From contig NW_027271313.1 of NCBI RefSeq assembly GCF_040938485.1, positions 930,001 to 994,000 of the forward strand: 64,000 nt of DNA, read 5' to 3'. Positions 29,288 to 43,100 of this stretch are shown here, one piece after another; the first letter of the stretch is position 1; each line of letters begins with the position of its first letter. The notes beneath the pieces are model-generated. The model saw only the letters and a list, made by a program, of their open reading frames with translations. It was not told the DNA's origin and made no database searches. The translations under genes were made by a program, and so were the position numbers. The DNA is from Diadema antillarum (Eukaryota).

Positions 29288-30700
29288 GTGATGTGACGCA
29301 TCGAAACCCGAAAAGATATCAAAATAAGATACCAATATCTCTTTTTGGTGCACAGGTATATTTGAATTCAAACCCATATATTTTGCAAGCAAATACGACA
29401 ACAGTATTTTTTGGCGTACTCGGTTTACGGATTAAAAATAACAAAACCAGAGATAACGAAGTTTTGTCAACTTTTTAATCTAGAACACCAAAATCACCCT
29501 CATATGGAAAAACTTAAGACAGAGTCTAGTCTCGAGCACAAAATCTTACCCTTTGAAGAAATGCTGAAATAAGATATCTTTGATGAAACCGCGTTTGAAC
29601 AGTGAGTTCAATCAAAATCCAAAGCTGGTTAGTTTACTGCTACAAAATATGCAATGTAAACCTGGCATAGCTCAAAATGTCTTTTCGGATTTCGATGCAA
29701 AGGTGAGTATACTTGTATATATTCCTATCATTTTCAAAGCTATTTTTCAAATTTGTGACTTCCTTGAAGCAATGATGGTGCCCAGCAAAAAAAGGCAAAC
29801 AATGGATAGATATATAAATGAATAAAGGGTACGTGATACCAACCGTCGATGCTGCCTAGTAAAGTCTATATTGCCGACAAACAAATATGTTGTATAGGGC
29901 TACTTGCTGGTAAAGAAGAGAAATACTCTAATACTGGAACGAGCAATTCACTGATACAGTGGTTTCCATCTTAATGAAAATGTGGGTAGAAAGCAAAAAG
30001 GACATTAAATCGACCGAAAATGTTTTTCACTCTAACAAGTTGAAATAGTCAAAGTTTTGTGCGATGTCACAGCTTGATCAAATCAAATCGAATGACAATC
30101 GAATGAAGTAGTATTGTCTCTTCAAGTTGACAACGTTTTCATTAGCATGCCCTGCAGTGCCGGTGTAATCTGACAAATATTGCATGATGGGAACGGAGAT
30201 GGAACGTGATCCAAGGTTGTCCATTAAAGCTATTGTGGGGCAAGGTGGTGCCTCTGTACAAGGTAACAACAATAAAACGACAGGTAAGTTGTACCATGGT
30301 TGTACGGAGCTGGGATACTAAGAGGCTGTCCATCACATACAGTCTCTCGAACTGGGTAGGGGCTCTTCACGAACAATAACAATAGCAGTTGGTATAGTAG
30401 CAGCAGCAGCAGCAACAACAGCAACAGCAACAGCAACATCAAAACCCGACAGGTAAGTTGTAAGGAGATGGAATATTAAGAGGTTGTCCATCACAGTGTA
30501 GAGCGAGGTGGGGCTCTGCACAAAACTTCAACAGCAGCAACATTAATAATGGGTAAATTATAAGGAGGTGGAATACTATACGAGGTTGTCCATCACAGTG
30601 CAGAGCGAGGTGGGGCTCTGCACAGGCAACAGTATTCAACAACACAAACAACAGATTAAGTTAATGAGATTGAATACTGAGAGATTGTCCATCACAGTGA

Positions 30701-31640
30701 AAACTCATTGCTTGCATTACAGGGGCGGATCCAGGAATTCCGTAAAGGGCAGGTGCCTTTACAAAATTGAAGGCTGACGCACCCTCTTTTTTCTTTTAAT
30801 TTCTTTTGTTTTAACAATAAATAGAGAGGGGGCACACTTGGCGCCCCCTCTACACCTGCGACTGCGTCAACCACAAATGCCAAAACTCATTGCTTGCATT
30901 ACAGGGGCGGATCCAATAATTCCGTGAAGGGAAGGCGCCTGTACAAATTTAAAGGCTGGCGCACCCCCAACCCAATTTTTTTCTTTTTGTAATCTTTTGT
31001 TTTAAGGAAAAATAAACAGAATCCGCAACTGCGTCACCCACAAATGTCAGAACCCACTGCTTGCATTACAGGGGCGGATCCAGGAATTCCGTAAAGGGGA
31101 GGCGCCTTTACAAAATAAAAGGCTGGTGCACCCCCTTTTTTTTCTTTTAATTTCTTTTGCTTAAACAATAAATAGAGAGGGGGCGCCAAGTGCCCCCCCC
31201 CCCCCCCTCTAGATCTGCGACTGCGTCAACCACAAATGCCAAAACTCATTGCTTGCATTACAGGGGCGGATCGAGGAATTCCGTAAAGGGAAGGTGCCTG
31301 TACAAATTTAAAGGCTAGCTTTCTTCTTTTTATTTCTTTTGTGTTAACAAAAAATTGAGAGGATCCCCGACTGCATCAACCACAAATGTCAGAACACATT
31401 CCTTACTTATTGCAGGGGCGGATCCAGGAATTCCGTAGAAGGGAGGCGCCTTTACAAAAGGATTGCTCACCCCCTTTTCTTCTTTTGATTTCTTTTGTTT
31501 GAACAAAAAATAGAGAGAGGGCGCCAAAAGTGCCCCCTATGGATCTGTGACTGCGTCAACCACAAATGTCTAAACTCATTGCTTGCATTACAGTGGCGGA
31601 TACAGGAATTCCGTAAAGGGAAGGCGCCTTTACAAAATTA
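30701..31640 (+). repeat. Tandem array of six ~150-190-bp MITE-derived units (CAGGGGCGGATCCAGG...)
   Basis: Units start at 30720, 30902, 31069, 31261, 31413 and 31591. The last three recur at 620, 783 and 960. Confidence 0.9.
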
Positions 31641-33183
31641 AATTCTGTCTGAAGAGGTATTGATAGATTTTACAACTCAAATGGAAAAACATTACAAAAA
31701 TCTCCTATAGAAACTCTACCTATAAACACGTCTGATGCTTTAAATGAAGCTTTTAGACGAGATAAACACTTAATTCATTACTTTGGTAAAGCGGACAAGC
31801 CACATATCACTCCAGTGTGAATGACAATGTATCGAAAGGAACGGGTTGATTTATTTGAACGTGGTTGATGCTGTAGGAAAAATGGTGCTTAATTTCAGTA
31901 CTTTAGAATATGGTAAATATGAAAAATCGAAGACTGTGGCATCAGCTTGGACAAAGGAGGGGGCAAAAAACCGTCGACTATTCATTGAAAAACAACAGAT
32001 CAAATCCTGGACTATATTCACCATTCTGATATCTTGGAGACTCTACACAGCCTCTTGCTTTTCAGTCTGTTTGCCATCGGAACCTGAAACACGAAGGAGA
32101 ACGTATTTACTATCTTTGTATATCGTTACATAACAAATAGATAAAGAAAGAAAGCAAGGAAACAAGCCAGAAAGAAGGAAAACGTCTACACAAGCATAGG
32201 AAATTCAAGTGAAAGAGAAAATAACTCAAATGACTACACAAATTTGATGGCACTGCCTGCACGAGCTTGATGTAACGATTCAAAAGAAAATCAAAGAAAT
32301 AAAGTATCTCACCTGTGGCGACACAGCAGTTTTCTTACAGACTTTGCCAGTCTCTTGCGGAGTCGGGCCCAAAATCGCCTACCACGAGATAACTTGCTAA
32401 ATCTAGGCATTTTGATCGGAAGCTAAGAGCACACCCCCATCAAATGCGTATGAACAGCAAGGAGGAATTCACGAGGAATAAAGCACTAACAAGAATGCCG
32501 TCGTTATGTAAACAAAATTGGTGCAGAGTTTCATTATTACGTCACAGATCTTGAAATGAGCTGTACGCGCAGCGCGTTGATGAGGAGAAACGCAAGGTGA
32601 ACATTGTTACGTCACGTCTAGCATCTTGATAGGCATCAATTATCTTGACGTTGTCCTTGTGGGTCATTACAAAGGTCGAAATTTAGAATACCCCACGTCC
32701 CACATTTCTTCACTCTTATACAAAAGCTGTACTTTGAAAGATTCTCATCCAACAGTAATCAATAGCTCAAAGCGATAATAATAATGAAAAAAAAAGTATA
32801 TTCCACCAATGAGCCGATATCCCGTCGAACAGTTTTGCATGGGGCGATAACTTCATCAAGATATGGGCATTATCAATGGAAGGGCTCATCATCAAATATT
32901 ACAACCGTTAAGCAATTAATGAATCAAAATGATCCTCACACCGTGTTAAATGTGGGTAATGAACGATTGAAGTGCCGACATACTGTATTTGTAAGTCCAC
33001 TGAAAGTTTCAGACGTTGATTTACTATTATAATGTATTTTACATGCATTAGTGTGTATTTGCGATTGTACATATCTGTGGCTATACTAGTTCGGCGTTTT
33101 TGATTGTCGATCAACAATGTAATTTGAAAAGTCTTTTCAAGGTTGTTACCTCCAATGAGCAAGAGACACCAGGCTCAGACACA

Positions 33184-33213
<30 letters not shown>
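31250..33213. repeat. Segmental duplication copy C
   Basis: Same sequence order as 609-3310, with empty sites at both insertions. Confidence 0.92.
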
Positions 33214-33214
<1 letters not shown>

Positions 33215-35812
33215 GATTCCATGATAAATTTCTTAAAAGTGACCATTTTAAATTGGTCATATTACTTCTTTATCTGTTTGCTTGTAAAACAAATGGCTGG
33301 CAAATAGTTTTCAACATTTTGTGCATACTACAATCCTGGTAAAAAATGAGAACTTTAGCAACCTATAATATGTACTACTAGTATCTAAATTTGACAATTG
33401 TGGTGTGAAATTTTCCTTTTGTATTAAAATCATTCTCACATCTAATACACGTATCAACGCACATCGGGGGAAGGTTGTTCCTCCTTTACAAATGGGGGAG
33501 CTTTTGGATTTTTGGGTATTGAATTTCAACGATGTGATGAACACTTTGGGTGGAATATTTATGACATTTTCACTTGAAAAGGAATAGTATTTGTCGATTG
33601 TATTTCATTTTAAGTTACAAAAAACAAAAACCAACCAAAATCGATCTGAATGGTTTATTGTAGCATGAACTTCTCATTTTAAACCATCAGAATTATTTGA
33701 AAAATGTACCCTCCAAGTCTGAGCGGAAAAAAGTGGTGAAAATGTATGGGGGGTGGACACCTGCATCCACCTGTCCCCGCTGCATACCGCCATGGAGAGG
33801 GGTTTATCTTAGATAATAAAAATCAAGTTTGTCCCAGCGAATAATGCGAACCAGCAAGAGGGTGGGGGGGGGGGGGGGGGGGGGGGGAGCAGTGTCAGAT
33901 GAAACAAGCTCATTTTAGATGTACATGTCTCCATATTCACTGACTTAATGACAGACAATTACTCTTGGGCATATTGTCAAAATCAAATTTTATTTCTTGT
34001 AAGATCTATAAAAGTACACACAAAAACACAAATACATAGAATAGCGGCTGAAAACAGGAGAAACTCTGAATAAGATAATACAATTTGACTTTTCTATCAA
34101 TCTATATACATGTCACAATAATTTACAACAAAAAAAAAAAATCACTGATTTATTTTCCACACAATTCTCTGAGATACAAAGTATGAAAATAGCATAGAAT
34201 ATTAAGAACATGATGGATATCTTTATGAAATTGAAAGACTTTGAAAGATAGCGGGTATGATTCTACCCGACTGCATAAACTTGCTGATAATTTACATAGA
34301 TAAATCACATAGAATCACATAAATTAAAATTAACACACTGGAGAAGCTGCAATTCAAGATGATGTTTATCGTGATACAACTGATTTCCATTTCAAGATGT
34401 TGATAACGAGTATATTTGTCCGATATCGATTTGGAAATACAAATGCATAGAATTGAGAATCAAGGCAGTATTCAAGCATCAAGGTGAATTGAATGGATGG
34501 AATATCAAGTACTCTGCAAAGGTATACGAACATGGCACAAACAAGAAACTCTCCACTTCAACAAAGTGACAGAGTGGATGGACGGTAGTGCTCTGCCTTT
34601 CAACAGTCAAAATGTAATACTTAACTTTCTATACACTGACTCCATGCTTCCAACTTGTGCACGTTGTTACTTCATTGATCATATTTGGCAGTAATGTATG
34701 GTATTTTGATTATTTTTTCCTCTTATTATATCTCTGTTTTCTCTCACAATTCCCTTATCTCTCATGTGGAAAGTTAACCATGATTAATGATAAATCAATG
34801 CGTATATTTTTGAAAGTGATTTGCTGATGAATTGTACCATGCATAAACAATACATGAAACGAACTGTAATGAAATATCATTATTATCATGGTTGTAAAGT
34901 GTAAATGGAACAACTCTCCTACGTGCTTTCCACCAGTAAGCTTTGGGCAGCGTTACCATTGTTACTTGATACAAAAAGGCTACCAAAAGTGAGTTATAGG
35001 GTTTGTTTCACCAGAGTAAACTTTACAGATGTTTAAGGCTTAGGAATATTCCTGTATAGAGAATGAAAGTTTTCTTGGGTAGACTACAACAGCAAAAATG
35101 TGGACGGATCAGAAAAACTTGGTTAATATATGTTTAATGGACAAACAACACTTTCTTTAAAATTCTTGTAAAAACACAAAACTAACACACATTCATATGT
35201 ACAAATACTTGTTTTTATAAAGGCACATCTGTATGACGTATCTGCTTTACATCTAAAAAAAAATTCAACTGCAAAAAAACACAATTCTATGCTTTTTCCT
35301 ACTCCAGGTGAAGACAATTCTTGCAAGAAGGAGGTCAGTTTTGACAATGCAGGAATAAATCCTGGCAGCAGAAAGAAAAAAAAAAGGAGCACACACAGAC
35401 GATACTTTATATTCTACGCATGTACAGAGACATATTTCAACTTCTTTGATAAATTACATCATAATTTCACATATTATGTACATCAAATCAGAATAAAAAT
35501 TGATCGCAAACTCGAATCGACAATCACACATACATCTTGAGTACCTGTATAATGCATTATGGAGTTGCTCAGAAAACTGTTTCCGTGGTCCTATGAAGAT
35601 GCAAAAGATTTTGGACAGTGATGCTGCCATACATAATGCCACTACTTCGTTTCTAATTCAGCTGAAAACTAAAACAGTCATTAAATTCCTAATCTGTTAC
35701 TATATTGTGTAAAACTACTTGGGTGTGATATATTTCTTTCTTTTGTTCTTGCGTCCGAGATGGGTTATCATTAAAGGGGTGCTCCATTGATTGAGAGATG
35801 GGGGCACCAACA

Positions 35813-38800
35813 TCACTTCTTGTCCTTGCGTCTGAGGATGGTCTGTAGCTGCTGCTGTCTCTCCTCCAAGAGCTGGGTGTAGGAGGTGATCTTTTGGGAG
35901 AGGGTCTCCCTCTTCATCCTCAGGTCGGTCAGGTTGTTCTGGGCGTCGCTAAGGAGCTTGGTGGTGTCCATCATCAGTTTCTCCTGGATTTGGGGGATTG
36001 CAAGACACATATAGTGATTTAACCCTTTGTTTGTTTTGAGTGTTGATTGGTGTACAAAACCCCACAGCATTGTACACAGTGCCCAAAGTCCCTGGCGCAG
36101 AAAGGGCTATGACAAACATATTTTGGACATCTGCAACCTTACAGAGGCATTCCAGACGATTTTCATACTTTCACATCATGTAGTACATAAATCAACAGCT
36201 GTATTTATTGACTTGTGGAATTTATTATGGCCCTTGAGCAGAGAAACCAAAAATATGAAAATCTTAAACACATTACACTGAACAGTGCTGATGACATAGG
36301 AACCTCACATATTTCAGAAATGTAGCAGTGTAATTCCATTATACTACTGCTTGCTGAACCAGTTCACCTGTGTAGAATCTATGCATGCCTTCTTCTGTTG
36401 TTCTGCTTCCTTGAGCTTCAACTCATGCATCCTATCGGTGAGGCTGCCATGTCATCATCCTTGTTCATTGCAATTTGTTATACATTTTGAAAACATTCTT
36501 ACTCCTCAACCCAATCATTATAAATCCTGAAACTCTGTACTCGGTATAACTAATTTATAGTCGTTCAAATTTAAAAGTTTGAAAACCATCCGTAGGTCCC
36601 CTTTAAATACTCCAGAAATGCCAGCTGGCTCCATAGCTAAAGAAAGATTTATCTCATCTTGTGGCATGAAGGTAAAGACTGCTTTCATTTGATCACTATC
36701 AGCTGCATGCCTCTTGTTATATTCTCACATGACTGCACTCAGTATTCCTCATAGTTGAAGAGAGATCTTGACAGTTTAAACACATCAGTATCTAAAGTTT
36801 TATGACTCTATCATTTACTGCATTAACTTAACCACATGATTAAAGAGATAGCCAGACAGTTAATTCTGTTTGTATCATATTTCATATGCATAATTTTACA
36901 GGAATAATGCAAGACATTAAGTGCTAAATTTAAACTCCACACAAATAATATCTTCTTGCATAACACTGGAGCTGGAGATGAACTGAGTGTCTTGATGACT
37001 TTAAATATCAGAGTGGTTTGATGAATTATGTACAAAACTACTCCATTTCAGTCTACTTTTCCAATATTTCCAAATCAATACCTGCTTCAAATCAGAATCA
37101 AATACACCCAAAACGAATAGCCTGGAAAATATACATTATATCAAGTAATGTTGAGCAAAGATATGAATTGCTTAAGATGAACTTTCTCCATGAGAATAGT
37201 TAACAATGGAAACTAAATTTTCAAACTAGAAATGTTGCTATGGCGACTGGTATGCCTCCGCCATAATGCATGGTTCTCCGAATAGGTCTATGCACAATGT
37301 CTTGACAATGTGTGATGACAGTTTCACATAACTGGCAAAATATCAAAATGACAGGTTTGTCACAATGCATTGAGTGTTCACTTTCCTTGAACTAGGTTTA
37401 TTTGGATGAATGGCTATACTGTCTAAGAGTGCAGGTATTTGGGGATTTGAGGATTTGTACCCAACTTTTGGCCCTTTTATAAGTTTAAAGAAGAAGTGAA
37501 ATTTAGCACTTTCACTTGTCCTGTGACCTTTTGGCAAGAAACTTCCAAGAGAATCTGTATTGGATAATACATGCATACACTAAGTTTCAAGAAAAAATCC
37601 TGAAGGCATTGCATGGATAAGAGAGAAATAATGACATTTTGATGAATTGACCTTGACCTTTGACCCATGACCCCTAAATTTCCTACATGATCACTGCCAG
37701 TCAGTACATGCATATATACTAAGTTTCATGAAGACACCTTGAAATATTTGTAAGATATGTAGAAAAAAGTGAAATTTTAACATTTTCACTTGACCCTTGA
37801 CCTTCGACCTCATGACCAAAAGCTCTCTCTGGGGAATCTTTATTTGGTAGTTCATGTATACAACAAGTTTCAAGAAAATACCTCCAGGCATTGCATACTG
37901 TAAAAGTGGAAATTTTCGCGGTGTTCAAATTTTCGCGCATTTCGCGCAACCAGAAACTAGCGCGAAAATAAAAGCACGCGAATATTTTTGCTTGCCATAT
38001 GTGCCTGTGCGTGATGTCTTGATTCCACGGAATTAAAAACACGCGAAACTCTTCCGACCCGGCCAAGCGCGAAAAATTAGTCACGCGAAAATATCCACTT
38101 TTACAGTAGATATAGGGGAAATGGCGTAATTTTGAGCATTTGACCTTGACCTTTGACCTTGAGCATGCGCGCCCAACAGTTGATAGGCACAACTTCGCTC
38201 ACTCATACATGTACATGCCAAGTTTCATTAGGATACCTCTAACAGTTTTTTAGATACACTGTCCACAAAATCGATTACGGACGGAAGGACGGACGGATAA
38301 CCGGAAAACATAATGCCTCCGGCGACACTTCGTGGCGGAGGCATAAAAATAATTTTGACACAAATATGGATGATAATACAAAGAGTCTGATTAACCCATT
38401 GAAGACTAGTCCCAGACACACTTGGGCAGGTGTCTATGGGAAATGCAAGTGATTGCAAAATCAGTTCATCCTCAATGGGTTAACATCATCATTCTCTCAC
38501 CTTTTCCTCAGACTTCTCTTCCTCTACGAGTGTCTTCTGGGAGTTGAGTTCCTCGTAGAGGGCGCTAATCCCCTCCTGCGTCTTGACGTATTCGGTGCTG
38601 AGCTCCGAGAAGGTCGCGTTCATCCTGTCCAGCTTCTCCTCCAGGGATTTGACCTCATCCTACGGAGCGAGGGAAAACAAGGTGGGAAGACTGGTAAGCC
38701 TCGGAACAGATGGACCAGGCCGTTTAACCCATTGCATGCTTTCAGTGCCAATTGGCATAAAAAACTTCAGAGCATCGCACACACTGGCAAATGTCCCTGA

Positions 38801-40095
38801 CAGGGTTCAGTACAATTCAATAACTGGGAATTTAAAGATTAGAGGGCGACAAAGCATTGGACTCATGTGGGTGGAAACTGAATCAAACCCCCTCCCCCAA
38901 CTGTCTACAAAAGAAATTTTGTTGGCATAAACACCAAAAGTGTATAAATAAAATACCAGTTATCCCTATATGTGCTGTTCGAAAAATATTCTAGAAGCCT
39001 CCTCTTAAAGGGGATGGCTAGTAACTGATCAGTGGGAATTAGTGGGAATGCCGGAGGATGATTGTTCCAATCCTTGTGGGATTCATTTAAGAGTACATTG
39101 TATATCTATTGTTGTGTGAAAATTATTTGCTTCAGAATGGTCTCATATTCAAGTAATGTGCAGTTTAATGATTCCAGGTTACATGCCTGGTCGGTGACGG
39201 GGCATTAATCTGCACATTACTTGAATATGAGACCGTTCTGATGCAAATAATTTTCACACAACAGTAGATATATAATGTACTCTTAAATGAATCCCACAAG
39301 GATTGGAACAATCATCCCCCAGCATTCCTACTGATTCCCACTGATCGGTTACTAGCCATCCCCTTTAACAGTCATTTTCTGTGTGTGTGTTTTTTTTAAC
39401 ATCACCATTTTATAACCATTCCTTGACTAGTCTGGCACAGAGCATTTCATGATATGGAAAGGAAACCTGCCATTAAGGCAACTTTGACATCTGATCATCA
39501 AAAGACAGGTTTCTGTTCGCCCATTCCTCTCATTAATCCACTCACTCTGACCAATGTGACTACCAGTCTGCAAATCATAAATGCCTTCTCTTCAAATGTA
39601 GCATATAAATGTACCGGTACATCATTGTACAGGCTATTTGCCATAGCAAACTGCAGTATTTGACCTGCAAAAGTTTATAATCAATATCCATTCTCTTCTT
39701 CTGGCATTGCTGATAAAGGGTGAGCATTTGCCTCTTCCATGACTGTTGGCAAATTCTTCATGCACACCAGGATAAAAAAGCACATGATGCTACTGTACTC
39801 CTTGAATTCTATGAACTGATGTATGTCAAAGTTTTCCAGAGATCTGAATACATTCCATACATAAAGAATAAAAGTTTTGCCAACGTTACTCTTAAACCCA
39901 AACTCTCACAGCATTCCCCTTTCTTTAAATGTTGAATGTTCTGTGCTAATGCGGGAAAAGTACCTATTTCCATCCATAACACTTTAATAAGACACTCTGT
40001 TCAACTGAAATCACAGGAGATACACTTTACAAAACGAAACATTTTTGTGACCATTTGATGAATGATGACATGTGTCAAACTGCACTGTTTTTGTA

Positions 40096-40136
<41 letters not shown>

Positions 40137-43100
40137 GTATATCTATGCCTTTGGAATTAGCACAAAAAAAAAAGGAAAGAAAAGAAATACAAAGTGCTAA
40201 GACCAACACTGACCTGGAGGAAGTGTTTCTGTAAGTCTTTGTCCTTGGCCTTGCTGGCTGCCAGCTTGATACGTCCTCCTTGGCTCTGCTTGGCTGATGA
40301 TTCCTTAGCCACACTCTGCCACAACGCTGTACCACTCAGCTCATCAGGAAGCTGCTCCACGGCACCTTTCATCTGGTGATATCAAAGAGACAAGAGTGTG
40401 CATTCCCCATTTATCAACAAATATTACAATACTCATCAAATACTCACTAAGATTCAGAAAAAAAAAACACCAGCACTAACATTACTGTATTGATGTTTGT
40501 TTACAGTAGTGTGACAAACTGTGAAAGTGGAAATTTTCACAGTTGTTAATCCTTTGCGCATATCGCACAACCAAAAACTAGAGCAAAAACAAAAGGATGC
40601 AAATGTCTTTGCTTGCTACATACTCCAGTAGTTGATGTCTTGATTCCGCGGGATTAAAAACATGCGAAACTCATCTTACCCAGCCAAGTGTGAAAAAAAT
40701 CATTCATGCTAAAATATCCCCTTTTACAGTATTTAATCAATAACTTTAGGTTGCTATTTGAAACTATGTTAAAAACATGTGAAACTCATCTTATCCGGCC
40801 AAGCGAGAAAAATTACTCAAGCGAAATATCCACTTTTACAGCATTTAATCAATAACTTTGGGTTGCTATTCGAAACTATGTCCATTCCAGACCTCTCAAA
40901 GTGTCTTACACAAGACTGAAAATACCAGGCTGAAAAACAGGCATTCAATGTAAAAGAAAAGCTAATGTGCAATTAATGTTTTTGCACTGAGATGATTACA
41001 TTCAACTTCGCTTGTCTACATTTTCACAAATGAGCATTTTGTAGTTTTGTATCTATTACCCCCATAATCTACATTTCGATTTCTCCTGCAAGTTCAGCTG
41101 ATTGCGAAATTCAAAAAAATGTCAAGATTGTGACTACATTACATTTAACAGTACCCAAGAGACACCTCAATACGAAAGAAGTAAAAAATGGGCAGGACTT
41201 ACTGAAGGATGTGCCTTGGATGTGAAGGCTGTTCCTGTCATCTTGGTCAGCCTCTTGTCAACGTCGTCATGGCTACCATGTTGCCGCGCCAATGCCACCT
41301 TGTCCTCCACATGGCCAAGGAAGTGGCGCATCTTGTCGTTGAGGCTGAAGTTACTGTAGGAGCTCAATCTACGGAGAAAATTTGAAAAGGTCTTTTAAAG
41401 GACTTGTCTCAAACAGAGAGGTCATCAAATCCTTCCCCATCATTCAAGCAATATCATAGTTCAAAATCCACAAAGGTTCACAATTTCCCTCCCTAAACCA
41501 AACAGGCATTGCTTATAAAATGAAGAATATCTTTTTGTAATGACCCTGGGATCATACGCTTTAAACATTTGAATTGACTCCACAAGTATGAAGCAAAATT
41601 ACAAATTGATATGTCGCCTATACCACTGGAGTTCACATGTAATGATATACTTAGTTGCCACGTAATTATATTTCATCAGTGGATATTCCTTTAACTGACA
41701 GCAAAACTTATTATCTGGCGCAAGTGTACAGAAAAAAAGCATGAAGAAAAACGTCCTGTATGTACCTAGTAAAGAAACATGTGAGAACCAACTTGATAGC
41801 ATTCAACTTTGACCCTGCTCTCCTTAGACAGAAAGAAACAAAAATATAATTGAAATAAAAGTCACAGAGAGAGAGAGAAATATCACAAGTGGATATGAGA
41901 CACACCTCTCCTTGAGGATCTCCTTGTTGAAATGTACACCATCTCCGTCGGTGCCGTGGAGGAGCTTGACGTCCAGCAGTCTCTCCACCGCATCCTCCTT
42001 CTCCGTCTCCAGCTGCTCGGTGCCAAACATGGCCTGGAGGAGGGCCTGTGACTGACTGGGGTCCAGTGCCGGTTCCTCCACGGTGCTGCTGGTGCTGGTG
42101 GTGGTAGTGCCGGCACCGTTGGCGGCGTCTTGGTCCCCGTCGGCGCCCTTGGGTGCGTTCTTGCTGCGGTAGCGGGCGAAGAAGAGGTCGTTGCAGACCA
42201 CGGACAGGGCGAGGTGGAACTCACGCATGAAGTCCACGTTGGTGTCATCTCTCATGTCGCCTAGAGTATGAGAATGATGGGGGAAAATGAGAGCACCGAT
42301 AGATAAATGGGAATCTGACCCTACACTTCACCAACATGCATTTCTTTCTAACACATCTGCCAGTACTACAATTACTAAAAGTTGTATCTATCACTAATAC
42401 TACTGTAAAAGTGGAAATTTTCGCGGTGTTGAAATTTTCGCGCATTTCGCGCAACCAGAAACTAGCGCGAAAATAAAAGCCCGCAAATATTTTTGCTTGC
42501 CATATGTTCCTGTGCGTGCCGTCTTGATTCCGCGGAATTATAAACACGCAAAACTCTTCTGACCCGGCCAATCGCGAAAAATTAGTCGCGCGAAAATATC
42601 CACTTTTACAGTACTACTTATGCTGTTTCTATCACTGTTACTACTACCACTACATTACCTCTATTACTTCCACATCTTTTATTATATCTTTTATCACTGC
42701 CCCTAGTTATACTACTACTGTCACTTCTCCAGCTTCTAGTTGAGAGGGTAGGTATTGAGCTTGTCTATTTCTAGAGGAGGTTCCAAAACTGTGTGACATC
42801 ATTTAAGACAACCATCAGACTGCATCTATCTTTTTTTCTCTTTTTTTTTGGGGGGGGGGGGGGGTGGGAATCCCCTAGCAGTGTATCTCAATCATTGAGA
42901 TTTGTAAGAGAAATAGAGCAGTAAATTTCATATCTAAAATATTTTGACTACTTCAATTATGGATCAACTGATGCACACAGGTCAAACAAACAGACGTATT
43001 AAGTCTTAAAAATAAATATGTAATATGTAATGTCAGTAGCCTTGTACAATATATGATCAATTATTTTGCATTTCTTCATAGAGATTCATTAAAACATTCA

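Noticed and set aside
30701-31640. CRISPR-like repeat/spacer appearance
   Set aside because: Eukaryotic context, long degenerate repeats, near-constant spacers and no cas genes; it is a MITE-derived array.
609-33213. Giant LTR retroelement or endogenous virus with 2-kb LTRs
   Set aside because: No TG...CA ends, PBS/PPT, TSD or viral hallmark ORFs. A third internal copy and a microsatellite boundary favour segmental duplication.
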